Made by a program: the position numbers and the translations under genes. A stretch of DNA of 48,188 nt from Candidatus Moranbacteria bacterium RIFCSPHIGHO2_01_FULL_54_31 (GTDB lineage Bacteria > Patescibacteriota > Minisyncoccia > Moranbacterales > UBA1568): the NCBI GenBank assembly GCA_001784695.1, contig MFRV01000003.1, forward strand, positions 1 through 48,188. The letters run 5' to 3'. Shown here in pieces: positions 1-8,578 of the stretch; position 1 is the stretch's first letter, and each line of letters starts with the position of its first letter. Below the pieces are notes generated by a model, which was given only the letters and a program-made list of their open reading frames with translations, had not been told where the DNA came from and searched no databases.

Positions 1-2019
<2,019 letters not shown>

Positions 2020-2037
2020 AAATAAAAAAAGGATTAT

Positions 2038-2110
2038 GAATCAAGAATAAAGAATGGGGAATGGTTCTGCGCCGTCCCGGCGCATCATGATTCCTGATTC
2101 ATGATTCTTT
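2038..2110. repeat. Heptad arrays flanking a GC hairpin in the rpsG-fusA spacer
   Basis: GAAT starts at 2038, 2045, 2052 and 2059. ATTC starts at 2090, 2097 and 2104. Both arrays have an exact 7-nt period. The central hairpin is TGCGCCG (2068-2074) paired with CGGCGCA (2078-2084). Confidence 0.7.
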
Positions 2111-2175
2111 GCTGATTAAAGAAGTTACTATGATTCTTAAAAAGTCCCCGAAAAAGATGATGCCACTGAAAGCAC

Positions 2176-2643
2176 CTAGGCGAAGTGCGCGAACGCCTTG
2201 TTGGCCTCGGCCATCCGGTGGGTCTCATCGCGCTTCTTCATCGCGGAACCGGCTTTGTTCGAAGCATCGAGCAGTTCGTCAGCGAGCTTCTCGGCCATCC
2301 CCTTGCCCTTGCGCTTGCGGCAGGCATCGCGGATCCAGCGCATCGCCAGCACCTGGCGGCGTTCGCCGGACACCGGTACCGGCACCTGATAGTTGGCTCC
2401 GCCGACGCGGCGGCTCTTCAGCTGGAGGAGCGGCGCTACGTTCTTGATCGCCTGTTCGAAAGTGTTCAGTCCGCCCTTCTTGGTGCGTTCGTGGATGATA
2501 TCGAAAGCGTCATAGATGATCTTCTCAGCGATGCTTTTCTTGCCGTTCCACATGATCATACCGACAAAATGCCCTACCAGAGGGTTGTCATACAGCGTGT
2601 CCGGTTTCCATTCACGGGCGAATTGTCGCTTTCTTCGTGGCAT
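2176..2643 (-). CDS. rpsG: 30S ribosomal protein S7
   Basis: The 155-aa ORF begins MPRRKRQFAREWKPDTLYDNPLVGHFVGMIMWNGKKSIAEKIIYDAF... and ends ...RDETHRMAEANKAFAHFA. These are typical uS7 termini, and the gene sits in str-operon order. Confidence 0.97.
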   Translation of the reverse strand: MPRRKRQFAREWKPDTLYDNPLVGHFVGMIMWNGKKSIAEKIIYDAFDIIHERTKKGGLNTFEQAIKNVAPLLQLKSRRVGGANYQVPVPVSGERRQVLAMRWIRDACRKRKGKGMAEKLADELLDASNKAGSAMKKRDETHRMAEANKAFAHFA

Positions 2644-2697
2644 AGGCTTGTAGCTTCGTCAGGTTCGTTATTTTGAAAAATGATGCAGGAGTCTGCT

Positions 2698-3114
2698 CTA
2701 TTCTGTCGCCTTGGCTTTCTTGGTGCCGTATTTGCTGCGGCTCTGCTTGCGGTTCACGCCGGCGGCATCGAATGTCCCGCGGACGATATGATAGCGCACG
2801 CCAGGCAGATCTTTCACGCGGCCGCCGCGGATCATGACGATCGAGTGTTCCTGAAGATTATGCCCTTCGCCCGGGATATACGCCGTGACTTCCATACCGT
2901 TCGTCAGGCGCACGCGCGCGATCTTGCGGAGAGCGGAGTTCGGCTTCTTCGGCGTCGTCGTCGACACCTTGATGCACACGCCGCGCTTGAACGGGCTGTT
3001 GTGGAAGGTGTTGCGATTCTTGACGCTATTGATCGAGTAGGTCATCGCCGGGGATTTCGACTTGCTCGAGGAAGATGTGCGCGGCTTTTTGATCAGCTGA
3101 TTGATGGTGGACAC
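2698..3114 (-). CDS. rpsL: 30S ribosomal protein S12 (GTG start)
   Basis: The ORF contains ...[67 protein letters not shown]..., the canonical uS12 core. The start codon at 3112-3114 reads GTG on the minus strand. Confidence 0.97.
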   Translation of the reverse strand: MSTINQLIKKPRTSSSSKSKSPAMTYSINSVKNRNTFHNSPFKRGVCIKVSTTTPKKPNSALRKIARVRLTNGMEVTAYIPGEGHNLQEHSIVMIRGGRVKDLPGVRYHIVRGTFDAAGVNRKQSRSKYGTKKAKATE

Positions 3115-3159
3115 AGGGATGAGAGATTAAAGACGTATGAGAATATTCTTGAACAAAAG

Positions 3160-3184
3160 ACAAACAAAAAAGCCTAGGGCTTTT
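3160..3184 (-). terminator. Terminator-like hairpin between the promoter and rpsL
   Basis: The minus sense reads AAAAGCC-CTA-GGCTTTT followed by TTGTTTGTCTTTTG. It lies downstream of the S2P gene, and also downstream of the predicted str promoter. Confidence 0.4.
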
Positions 3185-3194
3185 CGTACTGTCC

Positions 3195-3223
3195 ATACTA
3201 TCGAAAAGCCGCATTCTTGTCAA
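3195..3223 (-). promoter_or_regulatory. Sigma70-like promoter for rpsL-rpsG-fusA
   Basis: Minus sense: TTGACA (3223-3218), a 17-nt spacer, then TAGTAT (3200-3195). It lies ~80 nt upstream of the rpsL start. Confidence 0.5.
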
Positions 3224-3309
3224 CACCGGCCGCTCTTCCCCTGCCGCCGCTCAGGGCGCTCACCTCGTGAAATGTCGCTATATGCGACTGATGATCTATA
3301 CATCGTATT

Positions 3310-4032
3310 TCACAGAGTAAACCGCAAAAACAGGCTCAGGACGAAATTGATGAAGATGCTGATCGGGGCGGAAAAAAAGAAAATCACGAAAATCAGCAGG
3401 AAGAGCCCGTATTGTTCGAGCAGGAACACGGTGCGTTCGCGAAGCGGCACGAGCGCGTAGAGGAGCTTCGAACCGTCGAGCGGCGGCACCGGCAGCAGAT
3501 TGAAGCAGGCCAGCACCACGTTCCAGAAAATCACCAGAAGGAGCAATCCGAACAGGATGCTCGCGAGCGATCCGGACAAGGCCTGGGACAGCAGGCCGAA
3601 ACGGTCGAGAAAGTCCCCGCGGCCCCCGATGACGCCGATGAAGCGCTCCAGAATATCCATTTTGATCGCGAGCGTCAGCGGCAGCATCTTGGCGAAGAGC
3701 GCCGCCAGCGCCGCCAGCAGAAGATTCGATCCCGGTCCGGCGAGCGCCACCCAGGTCGGTCCCCATTTCTGGTTGCGCAGATTGTAGGGATTGTACGGCA
3801 CCGGTTTCGCCCACCCGAACGCAAAGCCGGTACTAATGACCAAAAGAATCGGCAGAATGACCGACCCGAAAGGGTCGATGTGCTTGAGCGGATTGAGATT
3901 CAGGCGATCGGCGTATTTGGCCGTCAGATCCCCGAGCCACAAAGCCACCACGCCGTGCGCCACCTCGTGGATCATCACCGAGTAAATGAGCGTCAACAGA
4001 TAGAATCCGACGAGCACGATTTCATTGGCCAT
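3310..4032 (-). CDS. Site-2 protease family (peptidase M50) membrane zinc metalloprotease
   Basis: 240 aa and polytopic, with an HEVAHG (HExxH) motif in the first TM segment and ...NLLPVPPLDGSK... (LDG motif) near the C-terminus. Confidence 0.85.
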   Translation of the reverse strand: MANEIVLVGFYLLTLIYSVMIHEVAHGVVALWLGDLTAKYADRLNLNPLKHIDPFGSVILPILLVISTGFAFGWAKPVPYNPYNLRNQKWGPTWVALAGPGSNLLLAALAALFAKMLPLTLAIKMDILERFIGVIGGRGDFLDRFGLLSQALSGSLASILFGLLLLVIFWNVVLACFNLLPVPPLDGSKLLYALVPLRERTVFLLEQYGLFLLIFVIFFFSAPISIFINFVLSLFLRFTL

Positions 4033-4043
4033 ATTTGAAGAGT

Positions 4044-4078
4044 GAATTACGAATCAGGAATTATGAATCACGAATGGG
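4044..4078. repeat. Five consecutive GAATNNN heptads abutting the S2P start codon
   Basis: GAAT starts at 4044, 4051, 4058, 4065 and 4072. In mRNA (minus) sense these are ATTC heptads ending 11 nt before the ATG at 4032. No GGAGG-like SD is present. Confidence 0.75.
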
Positions 4079-4111
4079 AAAAAATACACATACATCTAAA
4101 AAAGATACTTG

Positions 4112-4303
4112 TTTTTCAAAAGTATTTTTCTTTGCCTTTAGCCCAGGCTCGGTAACGCTGTGCGATGAAAGCGGAGCAAGAAAGATCGTATCGCGGTTCA
4201 GCTTGTCTGAACTCGCGCTGCGCGAGAGCGAGACGACTTTCTCTCCGCTGAGTCATACAGCGTTCGAGGCGGGATACGGAAAAGAAAAATACTTTTGAAA
4301 AAA
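4112..4303. other. ~190-nt near-palindrome (long imperfect hairpin with a branched tip); candidate structured ncRNA or MITE-like element
   Basis: The outer arm 4112-4136 (TTTTTCAAAAGTATTTTTCTTTGCC) is the reverse complement of 4278-4303, with a 22-nt perfect core. The inner arms keep pairing in blocks (CCC, CTCG, AACGCTGT, AGCGGAG, AGAAAG). The apex has two small hairpins: GTTCAG/CTGAAC and TCGCG/CGCGA. Confidence 0.5.
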
Positions 4304-4393
4304 CTACCTGTCGTTCAGGAACACTAGCAGCTGCCTTGCCAAAGCGGCAAGGGTATGATACTCTCATTTCTGTAACTGTTCAACAGCAATCGT

Positions 4394-4567
4394 ATGAGCC
4401 GCATGTGCCAACTCACCGGACGGGGAACCCAGACCGGCAACAAAATCAGCCATTCCAAACGGGCCTCGCGCCGCACGTTCGCTATCAATCTCCAGACGAA
4501 GCGCATCGGCGGTATGAAGCTGCGCGTTTCGACCCGCGCGCTCCGCACCCTGGCCAAGGCGGCCTAG
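4394..4567 (+). CDS. rpmB: 50S ribosomal protein L28
   Basis: This 57-aa ORF is below the track cutoff. My translation is MSRMCQLTGRGTQTGNKISHSKRASRRTFAINLQTKRIGGMKLRVSTRALRTLAKAA*. It matches the bL28 pattern (MSR.CQ.TGK....GN..SH....T.R.F.PNLQ). Confidence 0.9.
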   Translation: MSRMCQLTGRGTQTGNKISHSKRASRRTFAINLQTKRIGGMKLRVSTRALRTLAKAA

Positions 4568-4595
4568 CCATCGCGCGGATTTCCTGCGCAGCATA

Positions 4596-4626
4596 AAACC
4601 CTCCATTCGGAGGGTTTCTTTTTTTC
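4596..4626 (+). terminator. Rho-independent terminator of rpmB
   Basis: AAACCCTCC-ATTC-GGAGGGTTT followed by CTTTTTTT. Confidence 0.75.
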
Positions 4627-4635
4627 TGCATCTTG

Positions 4636-4706
4636 TCGGGGCGCGGAGAATCGAACTCCGGCTACAAGACCCCCAGCCTTGCGTACTACCATTATACAAC
4701 GCCCCG
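4636..4706 (-). tRNA. tRNA-Pro (anticodon GGG), no encoded CCA
   Basis: I folded the minus-strand sequence by hand: CGGGGCG TT GTAT AATGGTA GTAC G CAAGG CTGGGGG TCTTG TAGC CGGAG TTCGATT CTCCG CGCCCCG A. It has a 7-bp acceptor stem, a D arm, anticodon loop CU-GGG-GG, and a T arm with TTCGATT. Confidence 0.9.
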
Positions 4707-4898
4707 ATACAACAACCGACAATTCTACGAAAATCGTAGATCTTCTAAAATTCCCGTGAAGGCAAAATCATTTGCTTTCACCCCCATGCGCACGCCTGCC
4801 CGCCCGTAGCTTTAGCGAAGGAGGGTACTACCGATATACTACAGCCCGGAAACTTCACTTTGAAACAGAATTGAGCGTAACAGAATTTCAGCCAATTG

Positions 4899-4931
4899 AA
4901 AAGGAGTGGCCACATTTGTGACTCACTCCTT
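4899..4931 (-). terminator. Hairpin downstream of the small Cys-rich ORF
   Basis: The minus sense reads AAGGAGTG-(15 nt)-CACTCCTT then TTCAATT. It lies 29 nt after the ORF stop. The U-tract is short. Confidence 0.4.
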
Positions 4932-4959
4932 CGACGAGCTGTTCGCTAACGGTGTGTTG

Positions 4960-5166
4960 TCAATGTTCCTTTCTTTTGCGCTGGTTTTTCCCCTCGCTCA
5001 TACTCTGTTCGTGCGGGAGCGATGGACAAGTTTTAGTGGTTCTTGATTTGTCACATCCAAGTGTCCCGTAACGGATGGGGCATGCCGGAGTGCCCCCAAC
5101 GCAAGATGCTGGTTTATGCTGCTGTTTCGCGGCCAACAGCCCCTGCCGTAATGCGATTTTACTCAT
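4960..5166 (-). CDS. Hypothetical small Cys-rich basic protein (68 aa)
   Basis: This is the internal Met of the 90-aa track ORF: MSKIALRQGLLAAKQQHKPASCVGGTPACPIRYGTLGCDKSRTTKTCPSLPHEQSMSEGKNQRKRKEH. AGGGGAAAG sits 3-11 nt upstream of the ATG. A consensus promoter lies upstream and a hairpin downstream. I recognise no family. Confidence 0.35.
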   Translation of the reverse strand: MSKIALRQGLLAAKQQHKPASCVGGTPACPIRYGTLGCDKSRTTKTCPSLPHEQSMSEGKNQRKRKEH

Positions 5167-5185
5167 CTGCTTTCCCCTGATCTGG

Positions 5186-5222
5186 TTCAAAAAACAAAAA
5201 AGTGGCTTGATAACCACTTTTT
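5186..5222 (-). terminator. ndk terminator-like hairpin
   Basis: The minus sense reads AAAAAGTGG-TTATCAAG-CCACTTTTT followed by TGTTTTTTG. Confidence 0.5.
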
Positions 5223-5223
5223 C

Positions 5224-5252
5224 ATTATACACCTTTTGAGCTTTTTTGTCAA
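5224..5252 (-). promoter_or_regulatory. Perfect-consensus sigma70-type promoter
   Basis: Minus sense: TTGACA (5252-5247), a 17-nt spacer (AAAAAGCTCAAAAGGTG), then TATAAT (5229-5224). It sits immediately after the ndk stop codon. Confidence 0.6.
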
Positions 5253-5262
5253 TAAGAGGCGA

Positions 5263-5868
5263 TTATTCCAGGATGCCGTCTAGGTTCACATCATAGAGGA
5301 TCTGCTCCTGGACCAAGCGGTAATTGATCAGCTCCCCTTTCTCGAACCAGATCGGGATCTCGCGCTCCGCTTCTTCCGGACTGTCCGAGCAGTGTACCAG
5401 ATTGCGCACCGCGCGATCATCCAGGCTCGACAGCGCATAAGAGTCTACTGTGAAATCGCCGCGCAATGTGCCGACGTCCGAGGTAGTCGGTTCCGTCCCG
5501 CCGACGATTTTCTTCACGATCGCCACGGACTGGTTGCCTTCGATGACCATCGCCAGTACTGGACCGGAAGTGAAGAAATCGACGTTCGCCCGGATGATAT
5601 CCTTGCCGTATTCGAGCGGCTCCTTGTCGATCGGCACACCGTGTTCCGTCCGATCCGCGATGATGCGGGCGCCCTTTTTCAGGAACCATTCTTCATCCTT
5701 GTTGTAATGCGCCCAGCACTGCTCCGCCTTGGGAACGATGAGCTTCATCGCGATGAACTTGAGCCCTGTCTGTTCGAAACGGGTGATAATAGCGCCGATC
5801 AAGGCGCGCTGTATGCCATCCGGCTTGATCATAACTAAGACGCGTTCTTTTTTCGGGTGTACAGCCAT
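5263..5868 (-). CDS. ndk: Nucleoside diphosphate kinase, long form (201 aa)
   Basis: The ORF contains ERVLVMIKPDGIQRALIGAIITRFEQTGLKFIAMK... and the active-site region ...RNLVHCSDSPEEAEREI... Relative to ~140-aa NDKs it has a ~30-aa internal insertion and a C-terminal extension. Confidence 0.9.
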   Translation of the reverse strand: MAVHPKKERVLVMIKPDGIQRALIGAIITRFEQTGLKFIAMKLIVPKAEQCWAHYNKDEEWFLKKGARIIADRTEHGVPIDKEPLEYGKDIIRANVDFFTSGPVLAMVIEGNQSVAIVKKIVGGTEPTTSDVGTLRGDFTVDSYALSSLDDRAVRNLVHCSDSPEEAEREIPIWFEKGELINYRLVQEQILYDVNLDGILE

Positions 5869-6063
5869 AACTTTTCTCTACCAAGTCAATTATTCTACTG
5901 AGAACAAGTATAACACAAGAAAAGCGGAATAGCAAGCCCCGTTACATATCCTCGGCGGACTGTTCCTCAGGGAATGATGTAAGACGAAGTCGCCTACCGG
6001 CTTTTACCAGCTATTGCATCAAGTTTTTTACAAAGATACGCGACTGGGGCAAGTCGGCACTTC

Positions 6064-6918
6064 CTACTCTGCAAAAACGCAGCGTCCCAGCGCCGCGGTA
6101 CAGAGGTAGCGTATGTCCCCGCCCGTATCCGTCCGCCGTATCAGCGTATGGTGCTCTTCCAGGCGCCGCAGCACATCCGGGTTCGGGTGCCCATAGCTAT
6201 TCTTGCCGACCGAAATCACCGCTTCGCGCGGCTGCAATCGGTCGAGAAAGGCATCGCTCGTCGAATACCGGGAGCCGTGATGCGCGACCTTCAGGATATC
6301 GGCGGGACGGATGTCCGGCAACACGGTCTCTTCGGCCGGCAGATCGCCGGTCAAGAGTATGCTGGTCGCCCCGTAGGTGAAACGCGCGACGATGCTCCCT
6401 GCATTGGTTTCTTTCATCTCCTCGGGCAAGGGTGTCAGAGGATATTCGATGTCCAATTCTCCTCCCTCGGGGAATCGCACGCTACCGCCGCGAAATATGC
6501 GGAGCGGCGAGAGAGCGTTCCGAGAGAGCGCGGCCTCCAGGAGTTTGAATGTCTCCGTATCGCTCTCGGCGCCTGTAGAGAGGAACGTCTCCACGCGATA
6601 GGCGGAGAGGAGCGAGACGAAGCCGCCGATATGATCCGCGTCCGGATGCGTCGCGATCACCGTTTCGATCGTCCGATCCCAGAAAGGCATATGCCGCCCC
6701 ACGCGCGCCAGAAGTTCCCTCCCGGTGCGTCCGCCATCGATGAGCAGCTGATTCGAACCCTGGGAAATGAAGATGGCATCGCCCTCCCCGACATTCAGGA
6801 ACACCACCTCGGTCGCCGCCCGGTAGTCGCGCAGCCAAAAGATCGCGGCGGCGCCGAGCGCCGAGAGACCGAGCAGGAGCAGGAGGCTAAGATATATCTT
6901 TTGTTTTGAGCTGAACAT
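6064..6918 (-). CDS. ComEC-type metallo-beta-lactamase domain protein with its own N-terminal TM helix
   Basis: Motifs: ...FLNVGEGDAIFI...LLIDGG...ATHPDADHIGG...LLTGD...KVAHHGS. It overlaps the upstream ComEC membrane ORF by 32 nt in a different frame. Confidence 0.8.
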   Translation of the reverse strand: MFSSKQKIYLSLLLLLGLSALGAAAIFWLRDYRAATEVVFLNVGEGDAIFISQGSNQLLIDGGRTGRELLARVGRHMPFWDRTIETVIATHPDADHIGGFVSLLSAYRVETFLSTGAESDTETFKLLEAALSRNALSPLRIFRGGSVRFPEGGELDIEYPLTPLPEEMKETNAGSIVARFTYGATSILLTGDLPAEETVLPDIRPADILKVAHHGSRYSTSDAFLDRLQPREAVISVGKNSYGHPNPDVLRRLEEHHTLIRRTDTGGDIRYLCTAALGRCVFAE

Positions 6919-8383
6919 AGCGCCGGTGAAAATGATTTCTCGTCATCACGATACCAGAGAAGAGGAGAGCGTACCAGAGGATCAGCGCCGGTACGCCGAT
7001 CGAAAGCTCTACCGTCGCGCCCGGAAACACGCTCACCTGTTCTGCGACGAAGGTGATGCTCCGCAAGAAAAGATACGCGACACCGGCTGGCAAGAGATGC
7101 AGCCCCGGCCAGATGACGAACGCAAGCGCAGAGATGAAGGCGGTACCCATCGCATATGGCACGAGCGGCAGCAAGAGTATGTTCGCCAAGAGCGCATAGG
7201 GGGAGAAGATATGGAACTGATAAATGAGGAGCGGCACGACGAACAATTCTACCGCAAGCGTCAGGAGCGCTATCTCGACGAAACTCTTCCCGAAAAATTC
7301 CTTTGACAAGAGTCTTGCCATATACGGCGCCGCGGCGATGATGCCAAGCGTCGCGAGAAACGAGAGCTGGAAACCGATATCATAACGCAAGAGAAGCGGC
7401 TGAAAGAAAAGCATCCCGGTCGCTGCGAACAAGAGCAGATTGACTGACCGTGACAACCGGCCGGAGAAAAGCGCGGCAAAAGCGCACAGTCCCATAATCC
7501 CCGCCCGGGCCGCGGATGCCGGAGCGCCGACCAGGATGATGAAGAGGATGATACCTCCGGCCGCGAACCAGAGCGCCTGCCTGCGCCACAACCCGATGCC
7601 GATCCCGGCAAGCACGAGCCCCTGAGCGATCAGGGCGATATTGTACCCGGAAATAGCGACGATGTGCGACAGTCCGGCGCTTATGAATGACTGCTGGAGC
7701 GTCTCCGGCAGACGATCGCTGCCGCCGATAATCAAGCCCGCCGCCAATCCGGCTTCCGGTTGCGGCAGGCTTCTGCCAAGCGCGGTTTCGAAAGCGCGTT
7801 TCGGCACAAAGAACAGCCGGCTGATGCGCGCCTGCGTATCTTCCGGCAACACTTCCACCTGCGATGCCTGACGGCATACATAGCCGATATCGTCCTTGGC
7901 AAGAAACATCCGATAATCGAACGCCGGGTCGAAATTTTTCGGCGCTTCCAAGGCGCAAGACAGCGAGACGCGCGCGCCGAACGCAAGCGGCGCGATGCGC
8001 GGCGCCTGCCAGAGGATTTTTTCCTGCGGACACCTATCGCTTGCGCAGGACAGCATCTTCACGATGACTTCCTGGTAACGTTCCTTGTCCTCGGGATCAT
8101 TCACGACGCGCGCGACGCCGGTTACTTCTCCCTCTCCCTTGCTGATACGCTCCGCCTGAAAACGTGCGAGCGTATCGGTTGCGCCCCAGACGCCGAGCAT
8201 GAACGCGGCCAATGGCACGGCGCCGATGAAAAGGTTTTTGCGCGGAAAGACGGTAGCGACCGCCGCAAGCAGGGCCGCCATCCCCCACGCAAGCCACTCC
8301 GGCGGCATAAAAAAAGAGCCCGCAAAGACTCCTCCGATATACCCGAGACACACCAAAAGAAAAACCTGATCCTTCCTCAACAT
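6887..8383 (-). CDS. comEC: ComEC/Rec2 family DNA internalisation channel (membrane/competence domain part)
   Basis: 498 aa and polytopic. It has an N-terminal OB/DUF4131-like region followed by ...GLSHIVAISGYNIALIA..., which is typical of the competence domain. Confidence 0.85.
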   Translation of the reverse strand: MLRKDQVFLLVCLGYIGGVFAGSFFMPPEWLAWGMAALLAAVATVFPRKNLFIGAVPLAAFMLGVWGATDTLARFQAERISKGEGEVTGVARVVNDPEDKERYQEVIVKMLSCASDRCPQEKILWQAPRIAPLAFGARVSLSCALEAPKNFDPAFDYRMFLAKDDIGYVCRQASQVEVLPEDTQARISRLFFVPKRAFETALGRSLPQPEAGLAAGLIIGGSDRLPETLQQSFISAGLSHIVAISGYNIALIAQGLVLAGIGIGLWRRQALWFAAGGIILFIILVGAPASAARAGIMGLCAFAALFSGRLSRSVNLLLFAATGMLFFQPLLLRYDIGFQLSFLATLGIIAAAPYMARLLSKEFFGKSFVEIALLTLAVELFVVPLLIYQFHIFSPYALLANILLLPLVPYAMGTAFISALAFVIWPGLHLLPAGVAYLFLRSITFVAEQVSVFPGATVELSIGVPALILWYALLFSGIVMTRNHFHRRYVQLKTKDIS

Positions 8384-8578
8384 AATCTATCTTCTCTTTG
8401 CCCCATCCTCTATTCTTTTTTCTTCCCGTGGTTGCCGTCGAACATTTCTGACTCGCTCTGCCGAACAGGGAGCTGTCCTGTCGAAACCATCCGTCACGCT
8501 CGACTGTTACCGGCTCGCTCATCAGAAATGTTACCGCCGTCTACCAAAGAAGAAAAAAGGATAGTAGGAGTGGCAAAA

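Noticed and set aside
4035-4367. Two ORFs of 87 and 83 aa on opposite strands, both ending in KEKYF.
   Set aside because: They are mirror images created by the 190-nt palindrome, and I recognise no coding features in them.
4843-4856. TTTCCGGGCT (minus sense) resembles the RNase P RNA CR-I/P4 motif GAAAGUCCGGGCU.
   Set aside because: Only ~150 nt separate it from tRNA-Pro. I found no ACAGAAYCCGGCUUA-like 3' partner and none of the other conserved regions. The same bases are better explained as a tRNA-like acceptor/D-arm fragment.
5167-5232. The N-terminal 22 codons of the 90-aa track ORF (MYNEKVVIKPLFCFLNQIRGKQ).
   Set aside because: Its ATG is the ATG inside the TATAATG of the -10 box, and this segment is the ndk terminator hairpin. 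The internal Met at 5166 has an SD-like element.
8518-8525. A CUGAUGAG motif (minus sense) near a CGAAAC, suggesting a hammerhead ribozyme.
   Set aside because: CGAAAC (8482-8487) is on the opposite strand from CUGAUGAG. The sequences flanking CUGAUGA and the downstream GAAA are direct repeats (GCGAG), not complementary, so stem II cannot form.
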